NCBI RefSeq assembly: GCF_963921235.1
Contig: NC_086097.1
Span: 201,502,001 to 201,566,000 of the forward strand
DNA length: 64,000 nucleotides
Origin: Mobula hypostoma
Lineage: Eukaryota
Direction: 5' to 3'
Shown here: positions 26,987 to 40,225 of the stretch, one piece after another
How positions within the stretch are numbered: the stretch's first letter is position 1
Layout: every line of letters begins with the position of its first letter
The notes under the pieces: generated by a model
What the model was told of the DNA's origin: nothing
Databases searched by the model: none
What the model saw: only the letters and a program-made list of their open reading frames with translations
Position numbers and translations under genes: made by a program

Positions 26987-27899
26987 AACTCCTCAACCAG
27001 GGCCTCAATATGTCATGAAAACTAAGGTTTCCTGAACCTTTTATCTTTACTGTTTAATCTGACAGGCACATACAACCTTTGTACTCTCAAAATGTCAGTT
27101 TTGAAGGCCTCCTACTTGCCAAGTACATCTTTACAAGAAAACAGCTTGTCCCAGTCCACACTTGTCAGATTATTTCTGATACCATCAAAATTAGCCTTTC
27201 TCCAATTAAGATCTCAACCCATGGACCAGATCTATCTATTTTCCTCTTTACTTTGAAACTAATGACATTATGATCATGGGTGCAAAGTGTTCCTCTACAC
27301 ATACTTCTGTCACCTGCCCTGTCTCAATCCCTAACAGCAGATCAAGTTGGGACTTCTACATAATGAATAAGGAATCTTCTTTGAGCACATATGACGAACT
27401 TTATCCCATCTATTCCTTTTATAGTATGGGAATCCCAGTCAATATGTGGAAAGTTAAAATCACCTACTATAACAAAATTGTATTTCTTGTAACAGTCTGT
27501 GATCTGTCTACAAATTTGTTCCTCAAAATCCCACAGACTGTTAGGTGGTATATAATCTAGCCCTATTAATGTAGTCATACCTTTCTTACTCAGTGCCATC
27601 CATAAAGCCTCAATAGACAAGATCTCCAGTGAGTCCTTACTGAGCACTGCCATGAAAATTTCCCTGACTAGTAACGCCACCCACCACCCCCTTTAATCTC
27701 TGTCACACCTAAAACAACGGAACCCCAGTATATTGTTCCTCCTGCATCCAAATCTCACTAATGGCTGCAATATCTTAATGTCATGTGTTGATCCATGCCC
27801 TGAGCTCATCTGGCTCTCCTACAATACATCTTGCATTGAAATATATGGAGCTTAGAATACTAGTCACACCATTTGACTCCTGACTTTGTGGTCTTAGCA

Positions 27900-28681
27900 C
27901 AGGGGTCCCCAACCTTTTTTGCACTGCAGACCGGTTTATTATTGACAATATTCTTGTGGACTGGCCGACCGGGGGGGGTGGTTAGGGTTGCCAGCGGTCA
28001 AGAGTAGCAGTCAAATACGTTGTGTTTGCCAATTTTTTTCCCCCAACAAATTGTTTTTGGCGACTCTGTTCGGGGGAGGTGGGGTTGTTAATCACAACCG
28101 GAATATAGGTGATAAATGGCTAATACACTCATTTTCGTTTCTAAAAGGGTGTATCTGACGAATTTAATATTAAACACACAGCTCATATTTTCCCGGTATG
28201 AACATATAAAATCATTGCAACACAACAATATCGCTGAATCAGTGGGAGCCCTGGGCTTGTTTCCCTGCAACAGGATGGTCCTATCGAGGGGTGATGGGAG
28301 ACAGTGATACTCGAAGGGGGTTCCTTATGTCCAGTCTATTCCGCAATTTAGTTTTTGTTGCATTCATTGCAGAGATATGTTGGAACTGGAAGCAACGTTT
28401 TCAGTGCTTTCGTGGCTATCTCAAGATATTTAGCTTTGACTTTGATCCAGAATGCCGACAGAGATGTTATGTCAAACATATTTTTCAGCCCGCCGTCATT
28501 TGCAAGTTCGAGGAGTTGATCTCCTTCCCGCGCTGACATGGATGAGCTTGCGTGCGTTCAAGCTCAACAGTGAGCGTAACAGGGAATGAGGAAAGGTGCA
28601 GCTGACTCATATTGCCAAATCATATCGTTTCCTCGGGGCCCGGTAGCACATGCTTTGCGGCCCGGTGGTTGGGGACCGCTG
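27900..28681 (-). mobile_element. Internally deleted hAT (Charlie/Buster-like) transposon
   Basis: TIRs caggggtccccaacc / ggttggggaccgctg; perfect 8-bp TSD tcttagca; dimerisation-domain remnant FWIKVKAKYLEIATKALKTLLP. Confidence 0.92.
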
Positions 28682-31396
28682 TCTTAGCACATCTGTCTCT
28701 ACAACCTCTCCATTATCTGTTGTGACTCTCTGGTTCCCATCTCCCTACAACTTTAGTTTAAATCCCCTGTGCAGCATCAACCATCCTTCCTGCTGGGATT
28801 ATGGTCACCTCTGTACAGGTCCCACTTTCCCTGGAAGAGAGTCCAATAATCCAAAAATCTGACGCCCTCCCTCCTACACCAACTCTGTAGCCATGTGTTA
28901 ACTTTTATGATCTTCCTATTTCTGTCCATAATAGCACATGGCACAGGTCGTACTCCTGAGATTACAACTCTGCACTTCATTCCCTGAACTCACTTTGTAG
29001 AACCTTGTCACTCTTCCTACTTATGTCATTGGTACCTGAATGGGTCACAACCTCTGGCTGCTCATCCTCCCACTTAAGAATATTAAGGACTCGATCTGAG
29101 ATGTCCCAGACCCTGATACCCGGGAGGCAACATACCATCTGGGAATCTCATTCTCGCCCACAGATCTCCCTGTCCATTTCCCTAACTAATGAAACTCCTA
29201 TCACCACAGCTCACCTCTTCTCCCCATTTCCTTTCTGAGTCGCAGAGCCAGACTCAGTGCCAGAAGTTCGACCATCATGACTCCCCTCTATTAGGTTATC
29301 TCCCCCAACAGTATCCAAAATGATATACCTGTTGTCAAGGGGGATGGCTGCAGGGGTACTTCAACTGGCTGTTTAACCCCTTTCCTCTTCCTGACTGTCG
29401 CCCAGTTTCCTTGTCCTGCACTTTGGGTGTAACTACCTCTCTGTATGTCCTATCTATCACCCCTCAGCCACCTGAATGATCCAGAATTCATCCAGTTCCA
29501 GCTCCAACTTCTTAACATGCAATGTTAGAAGCTGCAGCTGGATGTACTTCTTGGGGGTGAAGTCGTCAGTGCCACATCCCGTAAGAGGAGCATTCAACTA
29601 TCTTGCCTAATGTCTCTACTGTTCTAAATGTGCAAATATAAAGAAGGAAAACAATAAATAGATTGGGGGAAAAATTTGCCTCCAGCTTTTTTCACCTCTT
29701 GTCACATAAACCTCTCCTCACTGAATTCTCAAAGAGCTAAAGCCTCAAACAACCACCCTAAAACTGTCCCCTCAGCAAATGCCACTCCAACAAAAGCCCC
29801 TCCACTTAAACCTGACTTAAATTAATTTGTTCTTGCCAATCAATCCATTCGCTGATTGGCCACTGCTCAAAACACCAAACTGCCACAAATTGATGCCTCG
29901 TGTACTCATTGGGTGAACTTGTGTGAGCTACGTTTTCTCACTCTTTCAGGTTAAAGACTTTTCGGGTAGAGAGGGAGAAAGTGAGGAAGTATTATGGACA
30001 AATTGTTAATTATCTCCAGGTGATTGATTCCAAGGTTTTGGAAAAGTTTTGAGTTTGCTCTGCCAATGATTTTCATAGATTCAAAATACAATTATTATCA
30101 AAGGAAGTATAAAATATACAACCTTTAGATTTGTTTGCAGCCACAAAGTGAGAAACCTGAAAGAACCCAATTAAAGAAAAAAAAGACTAACAGCTGATGT
30201 GCAAGAGGAAAAAAAACACAAATCATGCAAACAATAGAAGCAAACAAGTGGAAAATCAAAAGTAAAGGTTAAGGAATCAATTTACAAAAATAATTAGAAA
30301 AAGAAGAGGTTACAGTTAAATTGATAGAAGTTGAGGATATTTTCTTTATAGCAGAGAAGGCCAGGACATAATTTTATTTAAGTTTTTATTTTACATTGTG
30401 AAGGGTTAAGACATACCTTGCCAAATACCTAACCTCACAAAGTTAAATCAAGCTGGCCAATATAAAATGCACTAATACCCCAATTCGCATGCATCATGTG
30501 TTCCCAGGAATGAGAGCACAAATGGAATCAGAATTGAAAGGAATCAGTATGACAATATGTCTTGTGAAATGTGTCCCTGTCTGCATTACTGTGCAAGAAA
30601 GCTGGGCTGAATCCCTGCACTTTCCACTGCTGTTGCACCAGGAACCTGGGTGCTGGAGACCTGGCACAAATCCAGCTCAGAAACAAACATTAATGAGCTA
30701 GTTACCATCGGGAAATCTCCCAGCTATGCAGCCAAACAAAGCGAACAGCAGCTTCCGTCTCATCCAAAGGAAACTAGTGAGAGTGGTAGTAGGATCTGGG
30801 TGGTCTATCAGATCCCAGCAAATAACCCATACTTACCCTGCAGCTGGGTGCTGTAGTTCCTTTCAAGTAGCATCTCCGTAGTAAACCATATGTAATGCAT
30901 TGTTGGGAACTGGGTAGAGTGTCCCAGTGGAGGACAAAGATTTACACCAGCTTTCTGACACAGCAGAGTACAGTCTGAGCTAAAGTCTGTACTTCTACGC
31001 ACAGTGAGGTAAAATGGGGAATTCTGAATGTCATAATGAATAAGCACACTGCAGGGCAGAGCTAGGTAGGGTGCAGTGACGACTTGAAAACAAACTGAAC
31101 GAGGCTAAGTGAGGGAGTATCCCGCTATATGACACACTTAGAACTAACTGAATTCCAAATTAAGGAAGTGTTTAATCCTTTATTACAAACTAACAATAAA
31201 ATCACTTGACTTTTCCATAATTCATGTAAAACAAAACAAAGCGAGCATAATTGAATCAAATTCAAACAAGGACAAGCGGTCAAAGATGAACATAATTGGA
31301 TCAAATCCAAATAAGGACAAGCAGTCAATGAAAAATAGGCGCTCCTTACTCACTCCCCTCTAATGCCGCCAAGAAGCTGAACAGGTGACTATATTT

Positions 31397-31837
31397 AACT
31401 ATAACAGGTGAACAGGCGCCTCCAACCTGATGGCATGAACATTGACTTCTCTAACTTCCGCTAATGCCCCACCTCCCCTGGTACCCCATCCGTTATTTAT
31501 ATACACACATTCTTTCTCTCACTCTCCTTTTTCTCCCTCTGTCCCTCTGACTATACCCCTTGCCCATCCTCTGGGTTCCCCCCCCTTCTCCCTGGGCCTC
31601 CTGTCCCATGATCCTCTCATATCCTTTTTGCCAATCACCTGTCCAGCTCTTGGCTCCATACCTCCCCCTCCTGTCTTCTCCTATCATTTTGGATCTCCCC
31701 CTCCCCCTCCCACTTTCAAATCTCTTACTAGCTCTTCCTTCAGTTAGTCCTGACGAAGGGTCTCGTCCCGAAACGTCGACTGTACCTCTTCCTAGAGATG
31801 CTGCCTGGCCTGCTGTGTTCACCAGCAACTTTGATGT
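31397..31837 (+). mobile_element. Penelope 3' end/pLTR inserted in the BEL LTR, 14-bp TSD
   Basis: TSD aggtgactatattt at 31383-31396 and 31838-31851; encodes the LQPDGMNIDFSNFR* end of the Penelope ORF. Confidence 0.9.
31746..31781 (+). ncRNA. Minimal type I hammerhead ribozyme in Penelope pLTR
   Basis: AGTC-CTGACGA-A-GGGtctcgtCCC-GAAAC-GTC-GACT: stem I AGTC/GACT, conserved core, stem II, palindromic ACGT stem III. Confidence 0.75.
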
Positions 31838-32367
31838 AGGTGACTATATTTGTTTATTTTAACAGCCACCCAAACCCACTTGACAAATTATCTTTACCCA
31901 GAGTGAGTATTCACAAGACAAACACAATACAGACAGACAATAAATAGTTATATGGCTCCTAATTATTATAATTCAATAATAATTACAGCTAAATATTACA
32001 AAATAGGAGACACAAAATCTTCAAGGATAAATATTCACACATTATCAACACATTGTATTCTGCGCATTTCCTAAGGGCAAATTTGGCATGCATGGTGATG
32101 AAGTTGCTCCAAAGAGATGTAGGCCACCAGAGAAACCTCAGCAGATCTGTATCATCTGCTGGTACTTTTACCTGATGAAGCATTGATTCAATATCTGCCA
32201 TGATCACCACTGGTTCATTTCTGAATCTGGTTATAATTTCAATCAGTGAGCTAGAAAGATCTGATCCCTGTAAGAACTGAACACTAAGTAATGTTCCCTG
32301 AAAAGTCACTCCACAGGCAAACGCAACAGCTTCTTTTTTCTGGAGTGGTAAACACCATGGTGTAGAA

Positions 32368-33470
32368 TAGTGGTCGCCAACCGGTCGATCGCAATCAACT
32401 GGCCGGTCTTTGAGAGTTTCCCAATAGATCCCAACAAAAAAGAAAAATAAATAAATACACGAGTACTCTTGTAATGTGAGCATTATAAAAATAAGTAATA
32501 CTAATTAGGATAATGGTAATATACCAAAACTCCCGCTACTGAAAGCTGTTTGTAAAGAGAGATTGTTTGCGGGTTGTGGGATTTTAGTTCTGTTCTTTCT
32601 GCCCAGTGCACACGTGTGTATAGCTCCCCCGCCATGCACCGCAGTAGAAAAGACCGGAAGTAAAATCCCGCAACCAGGAAGCAACCTCTCTTTACAAACA
32701 GTTTTCCATAGCTGCATAGTGGGAGTATTGCTATATTACCATTATCCTAATTTGTATTAATTTATCTTTATAATGCTCACATTACAACACTTCTCCACCT
32801 TTAAATTCCAACATTCCCCAAATGTAAGTAACTGGGAAACAAAAAACAGTGGTGTCGTTATCTTGCGTACCTCTGAAACTTATACTAGTGTCTCAGTAAC
32901 AGCTTACCAATACAAAACACCTGAAAAACATGGCAGATTCAACATTCAGTCTAACAAAGGAAATTGTCCATTCAGATATTCAGTCGGTCAGGAGGTTTGC
33001 AAGGACGCTGTGCTGCAACAGATGAAAATTATGAAATCTAAGTACAGGAGCTGTCTTACTGATAGACACCTCACAGACTGTCTCAGACTGGCTGTCTGTA
33101 GTTATGAGCTAAATTTCAGGAAACCAGCAGAAAGCATTCAGCCCCAGACATCACACTGAGTGCAACAGTCAATTTTTATTCATTTATTTTTCGTGTTGAA
33201 ATAAAATTAAATAATGAAGCATAGAATTAAAGGTATTGTAATGTGAGCATTATAAAAATAAGTAATACTGATTAAGATAATGGTAACATAGCAGTACTCC
33301 TGCTATGGAAATCCACTTGTAAAGAGAGGTTGTTTCCGGATTGCGGAGTTTTACTTCCAATCTTTTCTGCCCGGTGTGCATGCGTGTGACTAAATGATTT
33401 AGTAGGTCGATCTTGCCTTTCACTAAGGCCGAGGTAGGGATCTTGGGCTTAAAAAGGTTGGTGACCACTA
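32368..33470 (+). mobile_element. Non-autonomous hAT (SPIN/GTF2IRD2-like) nested in the BEL RT region
   Basis: TIRs tagtggtcgccaacc / ggttggtgaccacta; perfect 8-bp TSD gtgtagaa; transposase C-terminus MKIMKSKYRSCLTDRHLTDCLRLA. Confidence 0.9.
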
Positions 33471-34439
33471 GTGTAGAATATACCAGGCTTCCCCATTACT
33501 GCGTTCCAGACTTTCTGTGGCACTCTCTCGACATAACCTTTGGCGATGACATCCTTCATGAAAACTGTGTAGTCAGTGTGAAATAACAAATTCCTCTTAA
33601 ACCTCCTTCTTTCTCAAAGGTAAATTAATCTGGTAGTGGCCATCCACCAGTTTTGCAGAATTTGTAGTCTTCTCTTGACAAACTAGGCTGTTCGTCCTTA
33701 CTGCATTCAGGAAAATCTGACTTAAAACTGCTGCTGCCGTAGTTCATCCAAGTTCAAAACTGAGATCCTGTTACCTGTCAGCTCTGGCTGTGCAGTCTCT
33801 TCCATCACCATTGCCTCCCTTCGGTGGTCCATTCACAGTCCAACCCAACAGTGTCCTAATTGCATAGGGTTCTGTACCCAGCTAGAAGCCCAAGGAGAGT
33901 TTATTAACCACTGTCTTATTACCCTCTTTAAACTTCACTTGCACTGAAACTACAGAAAATTTACAATCATGATCGTCAGCCCCTGTAAGTCCACTGGATG
34001 CCAGGACACTGGCCACTGCTATGTCTCAGTCTTTCACGGATTGTTCTGATTTTTGTTCTCCTTTCCTTGGAGTGGAGATGAAGTACGTTGGAATGCTTGA
34101 AACTGCATACCTTGCATAAAAGACACTTCCTGCAATCTTTGCCGATGTGTCCTGTACACAAACCGCCAAAGCAGATACTAATTTCCTTTCGGAAGATGAT
34201 GATCTTCTCTTTCTATGAGCCCTTTCCTCCAGCTGAGAGCATAAATCCAAGACCTGCCCTCTCCACAGAACAGACAACCCCTTTGCTGATGAGACCATTC
34301 CCTTTCCTTTAGTTCCAGGTTCGGTTTTAGCTTTACTTCCCATAGTGGTCACATGGTGGCAAAACTGCTTCATCTAGCTCTAAAACGAAATTGTGACTTA
34401 GTTTTGTTTGCACATTTGCTTCTTGCCAGAGATGGAGCA

Positions 34440-34698
34440 GCCGGCCGGTAATATAGTGGCAGCTGTACCAGCCTTTGAGGTGAGTTGTCCCGGGTTCAAA
34501 TCTGGCTGGCTCCTTGCATGCTTTCCATCCATGTTAGGTTGAGTGTTGAGCTAGCAACTCGGCCTTGTAAAAAAAAAAGCAAACAAAGTGCTGAAGAAAT
34601 GGCAAGGTTGCCATCCGATACGCTGCAAGGCGTGGAGAGGAACAAAAAGTGATGCACCATCCAGTATATTCCCAAACACCGGGTGTTGCAATCTGAAT
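34440..34698 (+). mobile_element. tRNA-derived SINE, older relative of the 24796 and 41264 copies
   Basis: gggttcaaatc B-box and shared ctccttgcatgctttccatcc core. Confidence 0.7.
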
Positions 34699-34918
34699 TC
34701 ATCATCATCATCAGGTGCCATGCCCAGTATGAGCTTTGACTGCCATGGCCCACACACTCCTGTCTTGGGTCAAGTGGATCAATTCATTGGTATTAATTTC
34801 CAGTTCTTTGGCTGCTGTTTCCATCATCATTTGTCTTTGCCTTCCTTTTGCTTTCTTCCCTTCAATCTTTCCCGTAATTACCGTGCATTCTAACTCCTCT
34901 TTCCTAATCACATGTCTT
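34699..34918 (-). mobile_element. RTE-clade LINE 3' end with (TGA)n tail
   Basis: HVIRKEELECTVITGKIEGKKAKGRQR; catcatcatca at the left end. Confidence 0.8.
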
Positions 34919-37170
34919 AATTACCGATCAATAAAATTAACAATGTCAATGACAGTAGCCCTATGGTTGTACCTTTCACAGGCTAGCATTCCCCATCTAT
35001 CCCTAAGCTTATAGGGCAGTTTATTTATAACATTCAACATATTGGCAGGCATGCACTTCTTCCATGGCACTGCAACAGCCTTTAAGAAAAAGACTGTAAG
35101 CTTGAAGAGCTTTCACCTCTTCAGATTTGATGGATACCCATGAAAGAGCTCTTTTCATGTCGGTGGTGCAATTTTTGTTCGTTATCAAAATATTCCTGTA
35201 ATAAAGCCTTAGCCTTGATATATTCTGTCTTAGCATCATCATGCTAGCAACTTCTAACATGTTCCCTAGGGTGACCCCTGATGTACTGTTCAAGGATATA
35301 AGGGCTGTCTCTATAGCTGTCAGTCTTGCTTTCACACTGTTTTCAAAGGCCTCTGTGAATGCATGATACTGCAGTGGATCACCGTCGAACATGGGAATCT
35401 CTCTTTTAGGCAAAGGTGAAAGGCATTTTTGTTGTGTTGATAAGGTTGCTATTTCAATTTGCTTTCTCATAATATCAAAAATACTGTTTCAATCTCTATT
35501 GTCTGAAAGAAGAGTGTTTCCACGCTGTCAATGAATGTGCCCAGGAACACTTTGAGCTGTTAAATGTGACATAGGTTCAGAATGCCTCAATAGTGCAGGC
35601 TGAGAGTAAACACCCTGAGCTATCTCTTGGGTGTTTTGCTCATGTTTCCCAAAGACTTGAAGAATGAATAAATCAGCATTAACATTTGGTGTTTTTCTTT
35701 TTCTTTTTGCCTTTTCAGTATAGGAATTCATGCTGTTGGACTGTCCTGTTGCAATACTTCCAGCAGCCAACAGACTTGAAACCCTTGGCACACTATCTTC
35801 AGGCATACATGCAGCAATTTCTTTCTCCAACTTAAACTGTTGCCCCCTTTTCTGTAACTTTCTCTTGCTCTTCCAGTGCATATTTGTCTTTCAATAATCA
35901 TTGACGTGCCATTAATGCAGCTAAATCAGCCTCTGTTTTAATGCATGCAGAAAAGGTAGTTGATACAGAAGATTTTCTTCCTGCAGCAAAACTCCATAGC
36001 TAGTCCTTCTGCTTTCAACATCTGACACACTGTAAGTTAGTATTACATCATTGCGTATGTCAGCTGTTATATCCAGTGTTTAACATGCATTGGAACTTGA
36101 GGAACATCATCTGTTGGAATGTGAGGCCTGTCTTGGCAGTATTCTGTTCAATCAACACAGGTAACAAACAAACAATATGTGCATCCGCAGCGCATCAACC
36201 AAACCAAATAAGCAGCATTCAATTCAAATGTCAGCAACCGGGGCAATTTTTGGCACTCAAAAACTTCACAAACCACAAAATAAACCAGGGCCATGAGCAC
36301 TTCAATTAAACCGAACAACAGACCATCAAGCAAACACCCCATGATCGAACAGTTGTCCCCAATGGACAGGCAGCACTGACCTCTCAAACTGTGTTCAACC
36401 CACAAGTACACAGCGTGAATCAACACAAAGCCATGGGTAGACCTACCACTTCAGCTGCTCGTGTTGCTCAGTGTTGCAATGGTAGTTATTTCTGATAACC
36501 AACTCGCCTTTCTTTGCATTCCTTTGTGTTGGAATTCCTTTTCTGCCTATGGGTCCAAGCAAACCTCTTCATCCAGAACGTGAAACATTGTGCAAAATAG
36601 TCCGTGCTGATGGCTTTATCATAAACTGGTATTTATTTGGTTTTTAAAAAATTTCCTTGGCAAAATGTTGTGATTACTTGAAAACAAACTAAAAGACACT
36701 GAGAGGCTAAGTGAGGAAGTATTGCATTGTATGATGCTCTTCCAACTCACTGAGTTCCAAGTTTTAAAAATATGCTTAATCCTCTATTAAAAGCCAACAA
36801 TAAAATCATTTGACTCTTCCATAATTCGTGTAAAATGAAACGAGCATAATTAAATCAAATTCAAACAAGGATGAATAGTCAAAGACGAATGTAATTGGAT
36901 CAAATTCAAACGAGTGGTCAGTGAAAAATATGCGGTCCCTACTCACCCCCTCTCTATGCCATCAAGCAAGTGTACAGATGACTATATTAATTTATTCTAA
37001 TCGTTACCCAACGCTGCCCGTCGCCAAAACCTACTTGACAAATTACCTTAACTAAGAGTGAGAACGTACAGCACAAATAGAATACTGACAGACATGGTTC
37101 CCACAACAGGGTAACAGTAAAAATGGCCTAATTACCAGCACTCAGGCTAATTAAAATTCTGGAATGAGAT

Positions 37171-38734
37171 ACATAAAAGTTGCTGGTGAACGCAGCAGGC
37201 CAGGCAGCATCTCTAGGAAGAGGTGCAGTCGATGTTTCAGGCCGAGACGTTTCGTCAGGACTAACTGAAGGAAGAGTGAGTAAGAGATTTGAAAGTTGGA
37301 GGGGAAGGGGGAGATCCAAAATGATAGGAGAAGACAGAAGGGGGAGGGAGGAAGCCAAGAGCTGGACAGGTGATAGGCAAAAGGGATACGAGAGGATCAT
37401 GGGACAGGAGGTCCAGGAAGAAAGACGGGGGCGGGGGGGGGGAAACCCAGAGGATGGGCAAGGGGTGTAGTCAGAGGGACAGAGGGAGAAAAAGGAGAGT
37501 GAGAGAAAGAATGTGTGTATAAAAATAAGTAACAGATGGGGTACGAGGGGGAGGTGGGGCATTAGCGGAAGTTAGAGAAGTCGATGTTCATGCCATCAGG
37601 TTGGAGGCTACCCAGACGGAATATAAGGTGTTGTTCCTCCAACCTGAGTGTGGCTTCATCTTTACAGTAGAGGAGGCCGTGGATAGACGTGTCAGAATGG
37701 GAATGGGATGTGGAATTAAAATGTGTGGCCACTGGGAGATCCTGCTTTCTCTGGCGGACAGAGCGTAGGTGTTCAGCAAAGTGGTCTCCCAGTCTGCGTC
37801 GGGTCTCGCCAATATATAAAAGGCCACATCGGGAGCACCGGACGCAGTATATCACCCCAGCCGACTCACAGGTGAAGGGTTGCCTCACCTGGAAGGACTG
37901 TTTGGGGCCCTGAATGGTGGTAAGGGAGGAAGTGTAAGGGCATGTGTAGCACTTGTTCTGCTTACACAGATAAGTGCCAGGAGGGAGATCAGTGGGGAGG
38001 GATGTGGGGGACAAATGGACAAGGGAGTTGCGTAGGGAGCGATCCCTGCGGAATGCGGGGGGGGGGGAGGGAAAGATGTGCTTAGTGGTGGGATCCCGTT
38101 GGAGGTGGCGGAAGTTACGGAGAATAATATGTTGGACCCGGAGGCTGGTGGGGTGGTGGGTGAGGACCAGGGGAACCCTATTCCAAGTGGGGTAGCGGGA
38201 GGATGGAGTGAGAGCAGATGTACGTGAAATGGGGGAGATACGTTTAAGAGCAGAGTTGATAGTGGAGGAAGGGAAGCCCCTTTCTTTAAAAAAGGAAGAC
38301 ATCTCCCTCATCCTAGAATGAAAAGCCTCATCCTGAGAGCAGATGCGGCGGAGACAGAGGAATTGCGAGAAAGGGATGGCGTTTTTGCAAGAGACAGGGT
38401 GAGAATAGGAATAGTCCAGATAGCTGTGAGAGTCAGTATGTCTACTATAAGCCTACTGACTCTTATCCACTGATGTCTACTATAAGCCTACTGACTCTCA
38501 CAGCTCTTGGCTCCATCCCTCCCCCTCCTGTCTTCTCCTATCATTTTGGATCTCCCCCTTCCCCCTCCAACTTTCAAATCTCTTACTTACTCTTCCTTCA
38601 GTTAGTCTTGACGAAGGGTCTCAGCCTGAAACGTCGACTGCACCTCTTCCTAGAGATGCTGCCTGGCCTGCTGCGTTCACCAGCAACTTTTATGTGTGTT
38701 GCTTGAATGTCCAGCATCTGCAGAATTCCTGTTG
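37171..38734 (-). mobile_element. Young Penelope-like element, 5'-truncated, with GIY-YIG endonuclease region and inverted pLTR segment
   Basis: 249-aa ORF 37562..38311 with GVIYCVRCSRCGLLYIGETRRRLGDHFAEH; inverted pLTR at ~38500-38734; 13-bp TSD tctgga(a/g)tgagat. Confidence 0.93.
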
Positions 38735-38849
38735 TCTGGAGTGAGATGTTGAATGTACCTGTTGTAGAAAGTGAGTGCAGGTCACTATTTTAAGTAATTT
38801 GTATAATTTAAATAGTAGTTTTCAATGTTTTTAATTCTTGGTGACTGTA

Positions 38850-40225
38850 CTCACAAAATAAAGATGCTGGAAATCCAACCAACATACACAAAACTCAGCA
38901 GGTCAGGGAGCGTCCATGGAAATGAATAAACAGGTGACTGTTTGGGCTGAGACTCTTCCACAGGACTGAAAAGGAAGGGGGAAGATGTCTCAATAAAAGG
39001 TGAGGGAGAGGAAGAAGTAATAGGTGAAGCCAGGTGGGTGGGAAAGGTGGAGAAGAAGGAATCTGATAGGAGAAAGGGAAGGAGGAGGGGCACCAGGGGG
39101 AAGTGGTAGGCAGGTGAGAAAAGATACAAGGTCAGAGTGGAGAAATAGAGGAAGAGGGGAGGGACAATTTTTTTTTTAACTGGAAGGAGAAATTGATGTT
39201 CATGTCAGCAGGTTGGAGGCTACCCAGATAGAATATAAGATGCTGCTCCTCCACCCTGAGAGTGGCCTCCTCTTGGAACAAAAAGAGGCCATGTACCAAC
39301 AAGTTGGAACAGGAATGGGTCTCAGAATTAAAATGTTTAGCGACTGGAAAGTTTTGCTTGTTGCAGATAGATTGGAGGTGCTTGACAAAGCCAACCCCCA
39401 ATTTATGATGGCTCTCGCCAGTGTAGAAGAGGCTGCATCGGGAGCACCGGACACAATGGACGACCTCAACAGATTTGCAGGCGAAATGTTGCCTCACTTG
39501 GAAGGACAGTTCAGCGCCCTGAATGGAGGTGAGGGAGGAGTGTATGGGTAGTTGTAGCACTTTGTACACTTGCAAGAATAAGTGCCAAGAGGAAGATTAG
39601 TCGGGAGGGACAAATGGATGAAGGAATCATGGAGGGAGTGATCCCTACAAAAAGCAGAGAGAAGAGGAGAGGTAAAGATATGTTTTGTGGTAGGATCTCT
39701 TTGGAGATGGTGGAAGTTGAGGGAGATTATGTGTTGGATGCAAAGGCTGATGGGGTGGTAGGTAAGGACAAGAGGAGATCTTTCACTGTTAAGACGTCAG
39801 GAAGATGGGGTGAGCATGGATGTTTGGGAAATAGAGGAGATGCAGGTGAGGATAGCATCAATAGTGGAGAAAGGGAAACACCATTCTTTGAAGAAGGACA
39901 TCTCAGATGTCCTGGAATGGAAAGCCCCAACCTGGGAACGGATGTGGCAGAGGCGAAGCAACTGAGAAAAGGGAGTAGCATTTTTACAGGAGATAAGATA
40001 GGAAGAGGTGTAATCATGGGAATCAGTAGGTTTATAAAAGATGCTGGTTGACAGTTTGTCTCCAGAGACAGAGCTAGCGAGATCAAGAAAAGGGAAGGAG
40101 GTGTCAGAGATGGACCTAATGAATTTAAGGGGGGGGTGGAAGTTAAAGGTAAAATTGACAAGCTCAGCATGGGTGCATGAAGCAGCCCTAATGCAGTAAT
40201 CAGTGTAGTGGAGGAAGAGTTAGAG
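38850..40225 (-). mobile_element. Older Penelope-like element (RT C-terminus, GIY-YIG, pLTR)
   Basis: VVHCVRCSRCSLFYTGES; degenerate RT motif LFLHYTDYCIRAASCT near 40200. Confidence 0.85.

Larger units (their letters stand above)
24445..29760 (-). mobile_element. Near full-length degraded CR1 LINE (ORF1 esterase, endonuclease, RT) with nested SINE, CR1 and hAT inserts
   Basis: ORF1 RVVISG..PVP...VNTWLQSWCRREGVRFLDYW (28777-28980); endonuclease VIVGDFNFPHIDW (27342-27680); RT QHGFVYGRSCLT (25764-26018). Confidence 0.88.
31072..37108 (-). mobile_element. BEL/Pao LTR retrotransposon relic with two diverged LTRs (~31072-31965 and 36666-37108)
   Basis: Gag LPKREIPMFDGDPLQYHAF; zinc knuckles CTGHIGKDC..CKVCSFKHSNVLH; RT VVIMADIESMLHQVKV..D.LRFLWWP. 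Right LTR is bounded by tgttgtg...cacaaca. Confidence 0.82.
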
